NCBI RefSeq assembly: GCF_013365455.1
Contig: NZ_CP046578.1
Coordinates: forward strand, 630,001-662,000
DNA: 32,000 bases
Origin: Wolbachia endosymbiont of Dirofilaria (Dirofilaria) immitis
GTDB taxonomy: Bacteria > Pseudomonadota > Alphaproteobacteria > Rickettsiales > Anaplasmataceae
Direction of reading: 5' to 3'
Shown here: piece after piece, positions 30,252 through 32,000 of the stretch
How positions within the stretch are numbered: the first letter of the stretch is position 1
How the letters are laid out: every line of letters begins with the position of its first letter
Made by a program: the position numbers and the translations under genes
The notes under the pieces: generated by a model
Databases searched by the model: none
What the model was told of the DNA's origin: nothing
Seen by the model: only the letters and a program-made list of their open reading frames with translations

Positions 30252-32000
30252 ATGAATGTTAAAATTTTTTTCACCAAAGCAACCATCGTTACTCTAGCCT
30301 GTTTATTAATCTTCATGGAAATTGGTAATTTTCTATCAGATAATAGCAAAAAAGAAGAAATAGCGAGAGTTGGAAAAGAAGTCATAACATTAGGTGAGTA
30401 CAAGCTGTTATATCAAAATTACGAGAATCAAATTCCTGAATCCAACATTAATAGAGAACAAATGAAAAAACTAAAATATGATTTACTTAATGCACTTATA
30501 GAGCAAAAACTACTGTTCAATCTAATTAGTGATCTGGGATTAGTAATTGGAGAAGAATCTATAAAAGACCATATTAGAAACACCAAGCATTTCCAAAACG
30601 ATAAAGGAGAATTTGATAAAGAGAAATTTCATGAAATGCTAAACGGTCTGTATATGATAGAAGAAAACTATGTGGCAAAGCTGAAAAAAACTCTACCTGC
30701 CATGATGTTCATGACCTCCTTATTTAAGGGTAATTACCCAGTGACTTTCGGTGAAAAAATTGATGAGCAGATATATAAAAGTCGTCATCAAACCAGGGTA
30801 GTCGATATTATAAAAGTAACTAAAGACGCAGTTACAGATATCCCTGAACCAAATAACAAAATCTTACTTGACCTGTATGAAAAAAATAAATCCCACTTTT
30901 ACTATCCTGAATATCGAACTGCACAATATATTTCCTTAGGTCGAAAGTACTTTGAAGACCAAGTTCACGTTTCAGATGAAGAGATTAATAATATAATAGA
31001 ACAACAGGAGCTTAAAGATCAAAGAGATATATTTAACCTAATATTTCATACTGAGGAAGAGGTAAAAGCAGCAAAAAAAGCACTTGAGGAAAAGGAAACA
31101 AGCTTTGAGCAGATAGTAGAAAAGTTTGGTAAAACAAAACTTGAGAAAACTAGAATAAATAATATAACCAAGGATTTTCTACCAGATGGTATGAGAGAAA
31201 AGGTGTTTGCCCTCAAAGCAGGTGAAGTGAGCGAAGTTCTGGAGAGCAATTTTGGTTGGCATATAATAAAGGTGGATAATGCGCACCAAATCTCTGATGA
31301 AAACTTAGCTGACTTAAAGAAGGATATAAAGTCAATCTTAATTAACCAAAAGTCTTTTGAAAAAGTTAATGACTTTATAAACCAAGTAAACTATAAGATA
31401 TATAATGGTGCAACTATCGAAGAAATTTCTAGTGAGTACAACTTACCTATTCAAATCATCGGTCCAGTAGACGCTAATGGAAAAGATCAAAGTATTGATA
31501 GTGTGAAAAATTTCAATGACTTGATTTCTTTTATCTTTTCACGGAAAAAAGACCAAAAAAGTTATTTTAAGAGTATTGGAGACACTGTTATTAGTGTAAA
31601 GATCACTGACATTACTCCATCTAAGATGCAAAGTTTTGAAGAAGGCAAAGCATCAGTGTTAAATCTTTGGCGTAACGAGTTTATAAAAGGACAAATGTTT
31701 AAAATTGGACAAAGAATTGTAGCTCAATTCAAAGAGAAGAAAGATTTTAAGAAAATTCAGGGTATAGAATTGATCAAGGACCAGCAGATACATCGCAATG
31801 AGACTAATCAACAAAACTATCCTTCTTCTTTTATAGAAGAGATCTTCAATATGAAAACAACTAATTCAGTGACAGATCCTATTCAACATAATAATGAAAT
31901 TATAATAGGCACCCTAAAAAAAGTGTATTCATCAAGTGGCAAATTAAATCCACTTGATACTGGAAAACGCATGATGATATCACTAAAAGAGCAATTAATT
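30252..32000 (+). CDS. SurA/PpiD-like periplasmic peptidyl-prolyl cis-trans isomerase (partial, continues past window end)
   Basis: Open frame from ATG at 30252 to window end (583 codons); N-terminal TM anchor, SurA-N-like 'VITLGEYKLLYQNYENQ...LIEQKLL', parvulin-like 'FLPDGMREKVFALKAGEVSEVLESNFGWHIIKV'. Confidence 0.85.
   Translation, partial: MNVKIFFTKATIVTLACLLIFMEIGNFLSDNSKKEEIARVGKEVITLGEYKLLYQNYENQIPESNINREQMKKLKYDLLNALIEQKLLFNLISDLGLVIGEESIKDHIRNTKHFQNDKGEFDKEKFHEMLNGLYMIEENYVAKLKKTLPAMMFMTSLFKGNYPVTFGEKIDEQIYKSRHQTRVVDIIKVTKDAVTDIPEPNNKILLDLYEKNKSHFYYPEYRTAQYISLGRKYFEDQVHVSDEEINNIIEQQELKDQRDIFNLIFHTEEEVKAAKKALEEKETSFEQIVEKFGKTKLEKTRINNITKDFLPDGMREKVFALKAGEVSEVLESNFGWHIIKVDNAHQISDENLADLKKDIKSILINQKSFEKVNDFINQVNYKIYNGATIEEISSEYNLPIQIIGPVDANGKDQSIDSVKNFNDLISFIFSRKKDQKSYFKSIGDTVISVKITDITPSKMQSFEEGKASVLNLWRNEFIKGQMFKIGQRIVAQFKEKKDFKKIQGIELIKDQQIHRNETNQQNYPSSFIEEIFNMKTTNSVTDPIQHNNEIIIGTLKKVYSSSGKLNPLDTGKRMMISLKEQLI

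Noticed and set aside
29601-31249. ORFs antisense to the DUF1013 gene (29601-29831) and to the PpiD-like gene (31046-31249)
   Set aside because: Shadow ORFs of supported coding regions.
1-32000. CRISPR arrays, transposases, phage genes, toxin-antitoxin pairs, tRNA/rRNA genes
   Set aside because: No regularly spaced repeats, transposase or phage motifs, or recognisable tRNA T-loop/acceptor pairs were seen on manual reading; a tRNAscan-SE and Infernal run would be needed to exclude small RNAs.

Overview
This 32 kb, AT-rich window looks like ordinary chromosome from an obligate intracellular alphaproteobacterium of the Anaplasmataceae, most Wolbachia-like. The taxonomic call is an inference from protein character and gene repertoire; no search was run. 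It is mostly housekeeping genes: dgt-like dNTPase, a decayed ribD, mnmG, M24 aminopeptidase P, a small hypothetical protein, fabH-plsX-rpmF, ccmE, a nuoJKLMN-birA cluster, a porin-like outer-membrane protein, ccmC, a PPDK/PPS regulatory protein, rpmJ (absent from the supplied ORF track), a secreted intradiol-dioxygenase-like protein, pepA, rho, a DUF1013/TrcR-like regulator, and a SurA/PpiD-like foldase truncated by the window end. Long low-coding gaps (about 2.39-3.44, 9.91-11.44, 20.86-23.13 kb) appear to be degraded DNA with recognisable or suspected pseudogene remnants. No phage, transposon, CRISPR, defence or secretion system is evident, and I do not see a clear novel multi-gene system. 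The most notable items are: a multiply disrupted riboflavin gene (ribD); a short palindromic element that appears inserted in frame in both mnmG and the neighbouring pepP-like gene; and an intradiol-dioxygenase-like exported protein in which most canonical iron-ligand positions look substituted.
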